The position numbers and the translations under genes were made by a program. From positions 11,976,012 to 12,035,000 of the forward strand of contig NC_057752.1 in assembly GCF_004010195.1 (NCBI RefSeq): a DNA stretch of 58,989 bases, read 5' to 3'. Below, piece by piece: positions 1 through 12,955 of the stretch (positions are counted from its first letter, which is position 1; every line of letters starts with the position of its first letter). The notes under the pieces are model-generated. The model saw only the letters and a list, made by a program, of their open reading frames with translations. It was not told the origin of the DNA and made no database searches. The DNA comes from Chiloscyllium plagiosum (Eukaryota).

Positions 1-640
1 CAATCCCTGTATTGACTGCTGTTGGCATGCTTGAATTACATTAAGCAGCCTCCTAACGTTATTGGAGGATCTGCGACCCTTTATTAAGCCCGTCTGATCC
101 TCTTTAATAATAGAAGGTAACACAGCCTGAACGTGAGAGCCTTAGAGAGGATCTTAAAGTCCACATTTAAGAGCAAGATGGGCCTGTATGAAGCACAGCC
201 TTCCGGATCCTTCCCTTTTTTAAAGGATAAGCGAAATATTGGCCTCTCTCAGAGATAGTGGGAGACAATCATGACTGTATGAATCATTAAACATATTCAG
301 CATCGGGCCTGACAGTATACTTATAAATTCCTTATAGAATTCACTGGGAAGTCCATCAAGACCGTGCACCTTTCCATTCTGAAGCTGCCTCACAGCGTCC
401 TGCACTTCTTGCTCTGATAATGGGGCATTGAGAAAGAACTGTTGTTCGGGAGTCACACCCGGGAGCTTCAGATCTCTAAAAAAGGATTCCATTTTGGCCT
501 GCCCCTCCTCACAATTCTCAGACGGATATAATTTAGAGTAGAATCTCTGGAACGCCACATTAATCTTTTTAGAATCACATGTTAGGTTCCCAGACCCTTC
601 CCTAATCGCTGTAATGGTTTGTGGGGCAGTTCTCTTTCTG

Positions 641-740
641 AGATGGAAATGTGTTGCTGGAAAAGCGCAGCAGGTCAGGCAGCATCTAGGGAACAGGAGA
701 ATCGACGTTTCGGGCATTAGCCCTTCTTCAGGAATGAGGG
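641..740 (-). mobile_element. 100-bp PLE terminal-repeat insertion (family A) with hammerhead motif
   Basis: Perfect 13-bp TSD AGTTCTCTTTCTG at 628-640 and 741-753. Same sequence family as the repeat that ends the GIY-YIG element at 4333-5094. Confidence 0.88.
704..731 (-). ncRNA. Minimal type I hammerhead ribozyme motif (family A, intact core)
   Basis: CUGAAGA-A-GGGC-UAAU-GCCC-GAAA-CG-UC: both conserved boxes, a 4-bp helix II and a GUC cleavage triplet. Confidence 0.8.
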
Positions 741-2513
741 AGTTCTCTTTCTGGCAAGGTATGGTAAGTATTTGCCTGGCTTGTCACCATGCTCGTATAA
801 CCTTTGCTTTGCAAAAGCCAGCTCCTTCTTTGCCGTCTGCGTGAGCACGGAATTTAGTGCAGACCGCAGTGCCATAACCCTCTGTAGTTTGACCAACGAG
901 GGTCTGTCAAAATAGGCCTTCTCGGCTGCCTTCAACCGTTCTTCAAGGAGACGTTGCTGCTCACCCTTCTGCCGCTTCCTACTTGTGGAATATGAAATAA
1001 CTAACCCTCTGGCATAAGCTTTGGCAGTTTCCCAGAGAACAGATGAGCTATCAACCGAGTCTATGTTGATGTCTAGGAAAGCCCGAAATTCCCAAGAGAA
1101 ATACTCCACAAACGTACTGTCCATGAGAATAAAGGGGTCCATTCGCCAGTACCTTGAATCCACTGTAACATCCTTAATCTTAACCATGAGGTACACTGGA
1201 GCATGATCAGAGATGGCAATATTACCAATCGTACAGGATGCCACCAGATCCAGGGTTACCGCAGGGGTCAGAAATAAATCAATCCTCGTGTGACATCTAT
1301 GCTGATTGGAGAAAAACATGAAATCCCTACCTGTAGGGTGGAGACACCTTCAGACGTCCACCAATCCCAATTCCCCACACAAACCCAATAACTGTTTAGT
1401 TTGTGCAGAGGGTATCGAGGGACCTTTAGGCAACCTGTCTACTGTGGCGTCCATGAGGCAGTTAAAATCTCCCCCTATAATGATGTGCCGAGACTTGAGA
1501 CTTATCAGTTTAGAAAAAGCATCTACCAAGAATTTAAGAGGATGAGCTGGGGGACAACAAACATTTAAAATACCATATTCTTCCCTATTTATCAAGGCTT
1601 GAAGAATTACAAACCTCCCGTATGTGTCTTTAACATAGTCCAACAATTTAAATGAGACATTTTTCCTAACCAATATAGCCACTCCCCTACTTCTGGTATT
1701 AAATGATGAAAAATAAACTCGGTCAAAGCCATTCTGCTGTAATTTCAGATGCTCCTTGTCATCCAAATGTGTCTCCTGTAACAAAGCAATATCCACCTTC
1801 TCCTTTCTAAGGCTCAAGAGTACCTTCTTCCTCTTAATTGGTGAGTGACTTCCCTTGATATTCCAGGTACACCATTTAATCAAATCATTAGCCATAATCT
1901 TCTGCAATTACATTTAAATTCCAGAGAGGAGGAACCCGAACCACAAATTGCTGAGCCTTAGTGTCACATGGTCCACCAAATATAAAAACTACATAAACTA
2001 AAACCACTACATTTAACAATCATACAAAATTATTAAAAATAAAAAACAACAAAAACCAGAAAACAAACCAACATATAAAGTGCCAATAGCACTGAGTAGG
2101 GGAACTCACCCCCTGCCCGGAGGGGGCAACTACCCATCCCGAACTGCCCATAAATAGGCATCTAACCAGCTCAACCACCTTCACTTCTCCCAGCTAGAGC
2201 CGCATCACAAGCACAAAGTAAAAAGAATAAACACCCCATAGAATATCAATATGAATAAAATAAAAACATTCTTTCTTTTATGAATAAAAGGGGGAATATA
2301 TACCCCATCCATCCTTTGCTATGTCCTAACTTAGAAATTTAAAATGTACATCTTAACCACCGCCAGACATAGTTTGAACCAAATTATTATCAATGGACGA
2401 ATAAAAAAAAGGGGAAAAAAAACAAAGCTCCAACCAGATTTCCTCCATTTCTTTTACAGAATGATAAACGCATACCCAAGCAACGATATTTATACGTACT
2501 ACAATTGTTTAAA

Positions 2514-3315
2514 TTAGGTTAGTTTGTCCACAAAGTCTCTTGCCTTCTCCGATGTGTCAAAGAGATGCATGGATCTATCTAAGGTGATCCGAAGCACTGT
2601 CGGATATCTCAGGGAGTACTGAATCCCAAGCTCCTTCAGTCTTCTCTTAACACCATTGTACGATTTTCGTTTCTGGATCACCGCCGCTGAAAAGTCCTGA
2701 AAAAACATGATCTTAGACCCCTCGTAAATTAGGGCCTTTGGTTCCTTCCCCTGGAGTCTGGAAGCCTTCATGACTCTCTCCTTATCCCGGTAATGATGGA
2801 ACCGCACCAGGAAAGGACGAGGGCGTTGACCCAGACCCGACCTCCGTGCTGTGACCCGGTGAGCCCTATCTATCTTCAATCCTCTCATGTCAGTCTCCAA
2901 GTCAAGGAATTTCGGAAGCCAATCTTCAACAAATTCCGCAGGCCGCTTACCTTCCTTACCCTCGGGCAAACCGATGATCCGAATGCTTTTTCTCCTGCCC
3001 CTGTTTTCAAGATCATCCACTTGGTCACGCAAATTTCAGGGCTTGGATCTCTTCCTTGAATGAACTGGCATCAGCTTCCACCACTGTGATCCTGTACTCT
3101 ACCTCATCCGTCCTCTTCTCCAGGTCTCCCAGCTGCTGCTCATGCTTCTGCAGCATGAGAGAGACTGGAGCCAGCTTTTCTTCAATCTGTTTCCCCAGCA
3201 TCTCGCAAGATTTCGAGAGCTGGTTCACCAGGTCCTGGAAAGTAATCAGCTCTGAGGCTGCTGCAGGCTGAGCTGCAGGCCCGGCCTCGGATGCTCCTCC
3301 TCCCTTTTTAGGCAT
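2514..3315 (-). pseudogene. L1 ORF1 (coiled coil + RRM/CTD), one frameshift near 3030
   Basis: DDLENRGRRKSIRIIGLPEG, IDRAHRV, RPRPFLVRFHHY, IMFFQDFS and YSLRYP are typical L1 ORF1p motifs. Confidence 0.9.
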
Positions 3316-3480
3316 TTCTGGACAGCTGAAAATACAGGTTAGTCAATTTTTAAATGTTTTTTGGGGCTCCACAATCTTTCCAACGCCCCAAGAAATCCTG
3401 ATGACCTGGGTTGGGTGGGTTAAAGGACCGTCCTGTTCCTGCTGCGATGCAAAGCTCTGCAGTGTGATCTTCTTAGATCG

Positions 3481-3490
3481 CCGCCATCTT
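3481..3490 (-). promoter_or_regulatory. YY1-type motif at the L1 5' end (internal promoter)
   Basis: AAGATGGCGG lies 8 nt from the element start. Confidence 0.6.
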
Positions 3491-3510
3491 AGATCCCCAG
3501 AAAGATATTT

Positions 3511-3828
3511 TTAGATTAGATTCCCTACAGTGCAGAAACAGGCCCTTCGGCCCAACAAATCCACACCGGCCCTGCGAACAGTAACCCACCCAGATCCATT
3601 CCCCTATTCCCTACTAATGCACCTATCATTATGGGCAATTTAGCATGGCCAATTCACCCGACCTGCACATCTTTGGACTGTGGGAGGAAACCGGAGCACC
3701 CGCAGAAAACCCACACAGACACTGGGAGAATGTGCAAACTCCACACAGACAGTTGCTCAAGGCTGGAATCGAACCTGGGTCCCTGGCGCTGTGAGGCAGC
3801 AATGCTAACCACTGATCCACCATGCCGC
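3511..3828 (-). mobile_element. HE1-type tRNA-derived SINE
   Basis: A-box/B-box head (TGGATCAGTGG ... GGTTCGATTCC), core TGTGTGGAGTTTGCACATTCTCCC, CR1-like tail ending in (AATCT)n. Confidence 0.9.
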
Positions 3829-4332
3829 TGGGGATTTCAGTTAGGACAGTGAGGTTCTAGAACATGATTAATATTAGGTACGGGCATAAAGGTGCATAAA
3901 TCCCCAAGGCCTGATGAGATTTATCCCAGGTTGCTATGGGAGGCAAGGGAGGAGATTGCTGGAGATATTTAATACTTTGCTGGCCACAGGTGAAGTGCTG
4001 AATGACTGGAGGATAGCTAATGTGGTTCCTTCGTTCAAGAAGGGCAGCAGGGATAGGCCAGGTAATCACAGATCAGTTAGTCTGATGTCAGTGGGAGAGA
4101 AATTAGTGGAAAAAGATTCTGTCGGACAGGTTTAATTAATTTGAAAGGCAGGGATTGATCAGGGATAGTCAGCACACATTTGTTGAAGAGAGATCCTGGC
4201 TGACAAATGTAATCCAGTTTTTTGAAAAGGTGACTACATAGTGATGACAGTAGTGCAGTTGATGTGGTTTACATGGAATTCTGAAGGCCTTTGACAAGGT
4301 CCCACATTGAAGGCTGATCCAAAATTCTGGAT

Positions 4333-5094
4333 TAGAGTGGTGCTGGTAAAGCACAGCAGTTCAGGCAGCATCTGAGGAGCAGGAAAATCGACGTTTCGGG
4401 CAAAAGCCCTTCACCAGGAATAGAGGCAGAGTGCCTGAAGGGTGGAGAGATAAATGAGAGGAGGGTGGGGGTGGGGAGAAAGTAGCATAGAGTACAATAG
4501 GTGAATGGGGGTGGGGATGGAGGTGATAGGTCAGAGAGGAGGATGGAGTGGATAGGTGGGAAGGAAGATAGGCCGGTAGGACAGGTCATGGGGACAGTGC
4601 TGAGCTGGAAGTTTGGAACTGGTGCGAGGTAGGGGAAGGGGAAATGAGGAAACTGGTGAAGTCCACATTGATGCCCTGGGGTTGAAGTGTTCTGAGGTGA
4701 AAGATGAGGCATTCTTCCTCCAGGCGTCGGTGGTGAGGGAGCGGCGGTGGAGGCCCAGGACCTCCATGTCCTCGGCTGAGTGGGAGGGGGAGTTGAAATG
4801 TTGGGCCACAGGGCGGTGTCCCAGAGATATTCCCTAAAGCGCTCTGCGAGGAGGCGTCCAATCTCCCCAATGTAGAGGAGACCGCATTGGGAGCAACGGA
4901 TACAATAAATGATATTAGTGGATGTGCAGGTAAAACTTTGATGGATGTGGAAGACTCCTTTGGAGCCTTGGAAGGAGGTGAGGGAGGAGGTGTGGGCACA
5001 GGTTTTACAGTTCCTGCGGTGGCAGGGGAAGGTGCCAGGATGGGAGGGTAGGTTGTTGTGGGGGGACGTGGACCTGACCAGGTAGTCACGGAGA
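4333..5094 (-). mobile_element. Penelope-like element, 5'-truncated: GIY-YIG endonuclease end + terminal repeat
   Basis: Minus-strand frames give IIYCIRCSQCGLLYIGE, VAQHFNSPSH and LIFHLRTLQPQGIN. A hammerhead-like motif at 4390-4417 has a mutated CUGGUGA box. Confidence 0.92.
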
Positions 5095-5099
5095 ATTCA

Positions 5100-5200
5100 A
5101 TGTTCATCTCTAGAAGGATTTGAACCCATGCCCTTAGGGAATTGAGCTCAGCCTCTTGATTACTAGCCCAGCTACATTAGCACAGTGCCACCACCGTTTT
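5100..5200 (-). mobile_element. tRNA-derived SINE head fragment
   Basis: The reverse strand reads GGTGGCACTGTGCTAATG...GGGTTCAAATCC (A/B boxes separated by a long spacer). Confidence 0.55.
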
Positions 5201-6307
5201 TACCAGGCTGATCCAAAAGGTTAGAGTTCATTGCATCAAAGGCAAGTTGGCAAGCTGGATCTAAAATTGGTTTGCAAATAGGAGGCAAAAGGGTGACTGT
5301 GGAGGGTTACTTTCATGATTGGAGACCTGTGAACTGCAGCATGCCACAGAGATCAGTCCTAGGACCCTTGTTGGTTGTTATGTATGTTAACAACTTGGAT
5401 GTAAGTGTGGCAGGTATAATTAGGTTTGCCGATGTCAAACATTGGCCATGTTGTTGGCAGTGAGAAGGATGGTCTCGGATTACAGTCTGATATTGATCAG
5501 CTGGTAAATTGGGCAGAATGATGGCAGGTGGAATTTAATCCTGGTAAGAGAGAGGTGATGCATTTTGGGGGGTTAATAATGGAAGGATACACACTGACTG
5601 GTAGGTCCCCAGGGAGTACTCAGGAACAAAGACGCTTTGGTGTACAAGTCCATAGATCCCCGAAGGTGTCAGCAGAGGTAGACAGGGTGGTGAAGACAGC
5701 ATAGAAGATACCTGCCTTCATTAGTTGGGGATAGATTAAAGGAGCAAGGAAGACTTTTTGCAAATTTATAAAACATTGATTAGGCCACATTTGGAATACG
5801 GCGTGCAGTTCTGGTCACTACACTATCGGAAGAATGTGATCACACTCGACAGGGAGCAGAGGAGAGTCTCCAGCATGTTGTGTGGGATGAACAGCCTCAG
5901 TTATGAGGGGAGACTGGATTGGCTGGGCTCGTTTTCCCTGGAGCGGAGGGGGAAATCTCATTGAGGCACAGACCAGGGTAGATAGTGATAATCTTCTCCC
6001 CATGGTAGATGTGTCTAAGACCAGAGGACATGAGTTTAAGGTGAGGAGAAAGTGGTTTAGGAGCCAGAGGCATTTCTTTTCCATCTAGAGGATGGTTGAA
6101 ATATGGAACGCACTGCCTGAGAGGGTGGGGGAGGTGGGTATTCTCGCAACATTTAAGAAGCATCTGGAGAAGCACTTACAATGCCAAGGCATAGTCAGCT
6201 ATGAATCAAGTACAGACAAATGGGATTAGTGTAGTGTGGTGTTTGTTGGTCACCCAAGACATGGTGGGGTGAAGGGCCTATTTCTATGACTAATTAGGTG
6301 GGCTTGT

Positions 6308-8760
6308 TTCATTCATTCATGGGATGTGGACATCACTGGCTGCGCAAACATTTATTGTTCCTCCCTAGTTGCTCTTGAGGTGGTGGCACCTTCTTAAATA
6401 GGTGCAGCTACATCCACAGCACTTGAGGTGGCAATTCCAGGACTTTAACCCAGCAATAGTTAAGCAGCAGTGATATATTTCCAAGTCATGATGGTTGAGT
6501 GGTTTGAAGAGGAACACGTTAGTGGTGGTGTTCCCACGTATCATATGCCTTTGTCCTTTAGATTGCAGTGTTTGTGGATTTGGAAAGTTCTATACAACAA
6601 TTCTTTGTGAATTTCTTGTCAATGATACTGCTGCTACTGTGCGTCGGTGGTAGAGGGATTTTGAAGGTAAGTTGCAAATCAAGTGTAGTGATTTAACCTG
6701 AGTCGTGTTGAATTCTTGAGTGTTGTTGGAGCTGCACTCATCTGGGCTAGTGGAAAGTGTTCCATTACACTCCTCACCTGTGGCTAATAGATGATGGACT
6801 GGCTTTGCAGAGACAGGAAGCGAGTTACTTGCCATGGAAAGAGCTCTCACAGCTACAATATTTACATGGCTGGTTCAGTTCAGTTTCCAGTCAATGGTGA
6901 TTGCCAGGATGTTGACAGTGGGGGAATCTAGCCATTTTAATGCCATTGAACATCTGTTGTTGGATATAGACATTAACGGGCACTGGTGTGGTGTGAATGT
7001 TACTTGCTATTTATCAGCCAAGCTGGAGTATCCTCCTTATCCTGTTGTAGATGGATACAGACTGCTTCAGTACAGGAGGGCTTACGAATGGTGCTGAACT
7101 GTGTCATACTTTGGTAAGAAGTTAAGAAAGAATGTTGTCAAGTGGAGGCAGAAAGTCTGCCAGGCGATATAGATAGACTGATCGAGTGGATAAAAGAATC
7201 TGACAGGTGGAATATAACATGGGATAAATGTGAACTTGTCCTCTTTAGCAGGAAGAATAGAAACGCAGTACATTATTGAAATGTAGAACTGTGAGGTTAT
7301 AGGGATATGAGCATGCTGGTCGATGAATCATAACAAGCTGGTTTGCAGGTACAGCAAGTAATGAGGAAGGCAAATTAAATATTAGTGTTTACTGGAAGGG
7401 GAACAGAACATAAAAGTAAGCAGGTCTTACTGCAACTGTCCAGTCCACACCTCTAGTATAGTTTTGATCAGTTTATTTGACAAAAGAATAGATATGTGCT
7501 CAAAACTACTCAGAGAAGGTTTACTCAATTCATTCCTGGGATGAAGAAAGGTTGAATAGATCGGGACTGTATCCGTTGGAATTTAGAAGAACGAGGGATG
7601 ATCTTATTGAAACATATGATCCTGAGGGGACTTGGCAGGATGGATTCTGAGAAAGGATGCTCCCCCTTGCAGGAGAAACTAGGGGGCACAGATTAAGAAT
7701 GAGGTCTCACTTTAAAGACAAAATTACCTTTGTCAGTCAAGGGAATTCTCTTCCCCAGAACACAGCGGAGGTTAGATTACTAAATTTAATCAAGTCCTAG
7801 TTAGCTAGATTTTTGGCAGACAAGCAAGTTAAGGGTTGTAGTGACAGACATGGGAGTTAAGACCATCGAGTGGCCAACTCGGGTTCCTAAGTCCGCTTAT
7901 TTTATATTCAATCAATCATCAGTGAACATCCCCATTCTGACTTTATGATGGAGAGAAGGTCATTGACGAAGCAACTGAAGATGGTTGAGCAGATACTTTC
8001 CCGAGGAACTCCTGCATAAATGTTCTGGAGCTGGAACCATCCTTTATGCAAGGTAGGACTCCAACCAATGCAGGTGATTCCCATTGATTCCATTTTTGCT
8101 CGGGCTCCTTGACGCCACACTCATTCAATGCAGCCTTGATGTCAAGGGCCGTCACTGACACTTCACCTTTGGGAGTTCAGCTAATTGGCCATGTACAAAT
8201 CAAGGCTGTAATGAGGTCAGGAGGTGAGTGGCCCTGGCAGAATCCAAACTGAGTATCAGTGAGCAGGTTATTGCTGAGCAGGTGCCACTTGATAGCACTG
8301 TCAATGACCCCTTCCATCACTTTGCTAATGATTGAAAGTTTGATACAGCATTTGATAGGGCATTTGTCCTGCTTTTTATGGATAGGACATACCTGGGCAA
8401 TTTTCCACATCGTCGGGTAGATACCAGTGTTGCAGCTATACTGGAACAGCTTGGCTAGCGATGTGGCGAGTTTTGGTCCACAAGTCTTCATTACTTCTTT
8501 CTGAATGGTGTCCATAGCCTCTGTACTATCCAGTGCTTTCAGCCATTTCTTGATATCACATGGGTTGAATTAAATTGGCTGAAGACTGGGCATCTGTGAT
8601 GTTAATGTTTCAGCCTTGGCACTGACGTGCTGGGCTCTCCCATCATTGAGGGTGGGGATAATTGTGGAGGCTTCTGTTCCAGTGAGTCATTTAATTCATG
8701 ACGGGATGTGGCAAGACTGCAGAGTTTTGATCTGATGTAGTGTCGCCAAGTTGGGTAAAG
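6308..8760 (-). mobile_element. Older L2/CR1-group LINE (RT + 3' tail), split by a CR1
   Basis: LAKLFQYSCNTGIYPTMWKIAQVCPIHKKQ, QFGFCQGHS and ALDIKAA motifs; (GAAT)n tail at ~6310. Confidence 0.8.
7105..7905 (+). mobile_element. Decayed CR1 3' fragment
   Basis: Degenerate CR1 RT C-terminus and 3' UTR, similar to other copies in the window. Confidence 0.75.
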
Positions 8761-8799
8761 TAGTTGTGGATTAGAAGACAGGACGTTAGAATTTGGTGT

Positions 8800-9630
8800 A
8801 TGTAAAATGCTAGGGGAAGGGGAAGCATTGCATGGTCCCTTTAAAAGATTGTGTTTTTTTTTGGTGCTTAGAGGTTTAACATGGGTGTCTGTGAAAAACA
8901 GCTTGAACGTTTGCAGGTGTACAAAGAGCACCCAAATTGATACATTTGTATCAAAAGGCTGTCCACTTAGCAGACCAAGCAGCATTTTCACCAAGACAAC
9001 AGGCTTTTGAATTTAACCAATCAATTTAAACCAGGCCCTTACATACCAAAAAACCCATGAAATTTAAATCTGATGGTTTCGACAACCTAGGACCAATCCA
9101 ACTATAAAAATAATGGTATGTCACCAAGGGTATAAAAGAAGGGGGCAACTGGAAAAAATTAGCAGAGCTAACTGCTATCCGCTAGAGATAACAGCTCTCA
9201 GCTCTTAAAGAAAGCATCATCTATTTACAGCAGTACAAACGACGGAGAAGGCACAGAACATTCTGGAAGACGTAACCTGGCTGTAATTTCGAGAGACTAA
9301 ATTCTATTGTGTTTTTATATACAAGTAGGATCTGTATTTATTGGAACAGCATACCATTAGAATCATGTGTTTTTTCAGGAATAGTTAGTAGTTAGAAGGG
9401 ATTTATTCTGTTTGTTAATAGTTCAGTTAATTTGTTCACTGTTAGAGTTAGGTAAATAAATTGTTACTTGTTGATTTCAAAGTCAGTGTCAGGGATTTAT
9501 TTTATTTAACCACTAGAAGTTGCTAAAGTGCAAGTTACACCATTTTTCACAATTCTTCTACAGATTATAGGGCAAGGTATTCCTTTGTGGGTGTTTCAGT
9601 TTTAGTTCTGAGAGGGGAACCAAGCTCAGG
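8800..9630 (+). mobile_element. Possible solo-LTR-like repeat
   Basis: CCAAT boxes, TATAAAA at ~9131 and AATAAA at ~9455 occur in LTR order. No convincing TSD was found. Confidence 0.3.
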
Positions 9631-9659
9631 AAATTTAAAGGGCAAGTGAACAAATCAAT

Positions 9660-10130
9660 AGGAAACTTGCAAATTACGTGGGAGGACAGAAATCTAACAT
9701 GGGCATTCTTCAAGGCACAGGCATGTCAGGTACAGAGGCTCTTACAATCTCACATTAGCTGAGACAGACAGGACATGTCATCAGGACGCCCAACTTGAGA
9801 CTTCCCAAACAGGTGTACTACTCACAGCTGAGCCAGGGAACCCATTCAGACAAGAGCCAAGTGAAATGTGTCAAGAATAATCCTAAAGCCTCCATGAAAT
9901 TCTGTTCTATTAAAGATAGCACAGAGAAAGCACATGCCTAATCATGACCAAAATGGCTCCTCATTAAAAAAGGCCTTCCAATCAATTAGAGGAGCCACTG
10001 AGAAAGATTGTCAAGACAGCCAGGAAGAGGAGGCTCAAGCAGCTTTCTTTCAACCATCACTATCACCTCTAACAGCAGCTGCTCTCACTGTGGGAGAGAC
10101 TATCGGGGATCATAACCACCTGTGAATACA
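9660..10130 (+). mobile_element. RTE-clade LINE 3' remnant
   Basis: The translation LQITWEDR...LRQTGHVIRTPNLRLPKQVYYSQLSQG resembles the RTE C-terminal LRWxGHVxRMxxxRLPKQxxYxEL motif. Confidence 0.7.
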
Positions 10131-10278
10131 AAGCCAACACTCCCAGCCAATTCAAGACAGAATCAAGCTCAACATGAGGATGCTGCCTGTGTTGCTAAAC
10201 AAATGCCATAGAGCTCAGAAAGGCCAATCTCACCCCCTACCCCAAACATGAGAGATAGATTCAAGAATATAGACTTAC

Positions 10279-10372
10279 CAGGTTTACACATTGGGCAGCA
10301 GATGTCCAGATGTTCATACTCCTTTTCACCACACTGACGGTGATGGCTGGTGCACAATACACAACTTGCAAC
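10279..10372 (-). CDS. TNF receptor superfamily gene (CD40/HVEM-like), CRD1 exon
   Basis: cag|...|gtaagt flanks; 94 nt, phase 0 to phase 1. Encodes VASCVLCTSHHRQCGEKEYEHLDICCPMCKP(G), the CxxxEYxxxxxCCxxCxPG TNFR signature. Confidence 0.88.
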
Positions 10373-12427
10373 CTGTACAGGTTAACAAAGAGCAACTGAT
10401 GAGCATTTCAGTCAGATATTCATGCTAAAATTACAAGTGCAGCATGATCACACAGGGGATGACATTATGGACTTGATGCTGACCTTGCAGTCTGGGGTTA
10501 CGCTCATACAAACAGTGCTCAGTGAGAAGATCCCATAATATGCCACTCCCCACAACCATTACTGTCCCACCCAGTCTAATCCCACACTCCCCACGTCTTT
10601 TAATATCCCACCCACCCTCCACTTTGTTCACAAGAACCTGTTGTAGCGACTCCCAATTCTCTCTTTGGGAGTCGCTACATCTGAACCCCATTTGCTGACA
10701 TGGTGATCTTACATGAGACAGGAAGCACAGATTGTGATGTATGCAACTGATGTTTCTTTTATTTTCAAAAAAACACAATATTCAATTATAACATAAACAC
10801 AGAATATAAGAACAGGAGTAGGCAATTCAGCCCAGTGATCATAGCTGAGAATTGAGCTCAATACCCAAATCCCTCCTTCCTCCCATACTCCTTGATTCCT
10901 TTAACCACAAAAGCTGTACTTACCTCCTCCTTGAAAACACAATATTTTGGCTTCAACCATTTTCTGTGGCAGTGAATTCCACAGGCTCACCACTCTCAAG
11001 GGTGAAGAAATTTCTCCTTATCTCATTCCAAGAACATAGAACCATACAGCACAGTACAGGCCCTTCGGACCTTGACGTTGCACCAACCTGTGATACCGAT
11101 CTGAAGCCCATCTATTCGACAATATTCCATTATCATCCATATGTTTATCCAATGACCATTTAAATGCCCTTAAAGTTGGCGAGTCTGCTACTGTTGCAGG
11201 CAGTGCGTTCCACGCCCCTACTACTCTCTGAGTAAAGAACCTACCTCTGACATCTGTCCTATATCTATCACCCCTCAATTTAAAGCTATGTCCCCTCGTG
11301 CTAGCCATCACCATCCGAGGAAAATGGCTCTCACTGTCCACCCTATCTAATCCCCTGATCATCTTGTATGTCTCTATTAAGTCACCTCTTACAAAAACAG
11401 CCTCAAGTCTCTCAGCCTTTCCTTATCTGACCTTCCCTCCATACCAGGCAACATCCTGTAAGTCTCCTCTGCACCCTTTCCAAAGCTTCCACATCCTTCC
11501 TATAATGCGGCTACCAGACTGTACGCAATACACCAAGTGAGGCTACACCAGAGTTTTGTACAGCTGCAACACGACCTCACGGCTCCAAAACCCAATCCCT
11601 CTACCAATAAAAGCTAACACACCGTAAGCCTTCTTAACACTACGATCAACCTGGGTAGCAACTTTCAGGGATCTATGCACATGGACACAGACCTCTCTGC
11701 TCATTCCACACTACCAAGAAACTTACCATTAGCCCAGTACTCTGCATTCCTGTTACTCCTTCTAAAGTGTATCACCTCACACTTTTCCACACCCTCCATT
11801 TGCCACCTCACAGCCCAGCTCTGCAGCTTATCTATGTCTCTCTGTAACCTGAAACATCCTTCAGCACTATCCACAACTCCACTGACCTTAGTGTCATCCG
11901 CAAATTTACTAACTCATCCTTCTGCGCCCTCATCCAGGTCATTTATAAAAATGACAAACAGCAGTGGCCCCAAAACAGATCCTTGTGTGACACCACTCGT
12001 AACATTTCCCATCAACCACCACCCTCTGTCTTCTTTCAGCTAGCCAATTTATGATCCAAACCGCTAAATCACCCTCAATCCCATGCCTCCGCATTTTCTG
12101 CAATAGCCTACCATGGGGAACCTTATCAAATGCCTTACTGATATCCAAATACACCACATCAACCACTTTACCCTCATCCACCTGTTTGGTCACCTTCTCA
12201 AAGAACTCAATAAGGTTTGTGAGGCATGACCTGCCCTTCACAAAACCATGTTGACCATCCCTAGGTTTACCTCTAGTCCTTCAACTATGAATCCTAGTTC
12301 TGCGCTTTCCCACTGTCAGGGACATTCTTCCTGCATCTAACCTGTCTAGTCCTGTTAGAATTCTAGGAGACTCCCCCCTTATTCTTCTAAACTCCAGTGA
12401 ATACAATCCTAACCGACTCAATCTCTC

Positions 12428-12955
12428 TGTTGTCCCTTTACCCCCAAAGTCGAAGCAAAATGCTCAGAGACACAGTATAGTTTTATCTCTTTCATCTTTA
12501 TCCTGGGCCCTGGAGGGAGAGAGAACGATTGCCCATGTGCGCAGGGACATGGGTTCCTGGTCTTCTCTGGAACAGCAGTGTCTTAATGAACTATATAGTC
12601 ATTTTACAGGGAGGAGCATCCAGATAAGGCAACATACATATTGATTGTGTGACCATTACAGTCAGCGAGCATCAATAGTAAAGATTAAGCCATCTGCTGT
12701 TACACAATGAATGGTCTTAACCTTAACTGGCTTCACATAATGAATACTTTTCACCTTGTTAAACTGACCTTACATACTGAATACTTCCAATATTGTTAAA
12801 TGGCTTTACATTATGAATGCTTTTCCACCTTGTTAACCCATCATCCTTGCCTCCAGCACCCCATTGTTAACTGCAAGCAAGGTCTGAGTCATGCTCAGCT
12901 GAACCTCTTGTTTCTCAAAACTTAACACTTTACCTACCTGCTTGTACCCTATACA
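12428..12955. mobile_element. Solo LTR (528 bp)
   Basis: TGT...ACA termini with 5-bp TSD CTCTC (12423-12427, 12956-12960), interrupting a CR1. Confidence 0.78.

Larger units (their letters stand above)
1..1907 (-). pseudogene. L1 ORF2 (endonuclease + N-terminal RT), frameshifted and interrupted
   Basis: ORF pieces 1350-1907, 717-1319 and 220-717 are consecutive parts of one L1 ORF2, broken by frameshifts and a 100-bp PLE insertion. Confidence 0.9.
1..3498 (-). mobile_element. L1-clade LINE, 5'-complete, running off the left window edge; disrupted
   Basis: The minus strand starts GGGGATCTAAGATGGCGGCG (3498-3479). It is followed by ORF1, a ~600 bp spacer, and ORF2 with APE endonuclease motifs (TWNIKG, LQETH, IIGGDFN, TRIDLF, ISDH) and the start of RT (GLDGLPSEFYK, ISLIL). 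Confidence 0.93.
3850..6290 (+). mobile_element. Decayed CR1 LINE (RT to 3' UTR), split by a SINE/PLE insertion
   Basis: DWRIANVVPSFKKG, PQRSVLGP and RPHLEYGVQFW motifs. AGGCTGATCCAAAA is duplicated at 4311-4324 and 5205-5218 around the insertion. Confidence 0.9.

Noticed and set aside
3760..3828. tRNA genes (also ~15490, ~31920, ~56580)
   Set aside because: These are A/B boxes of SINE heads, followed by SINE cores and LINE-like tails.
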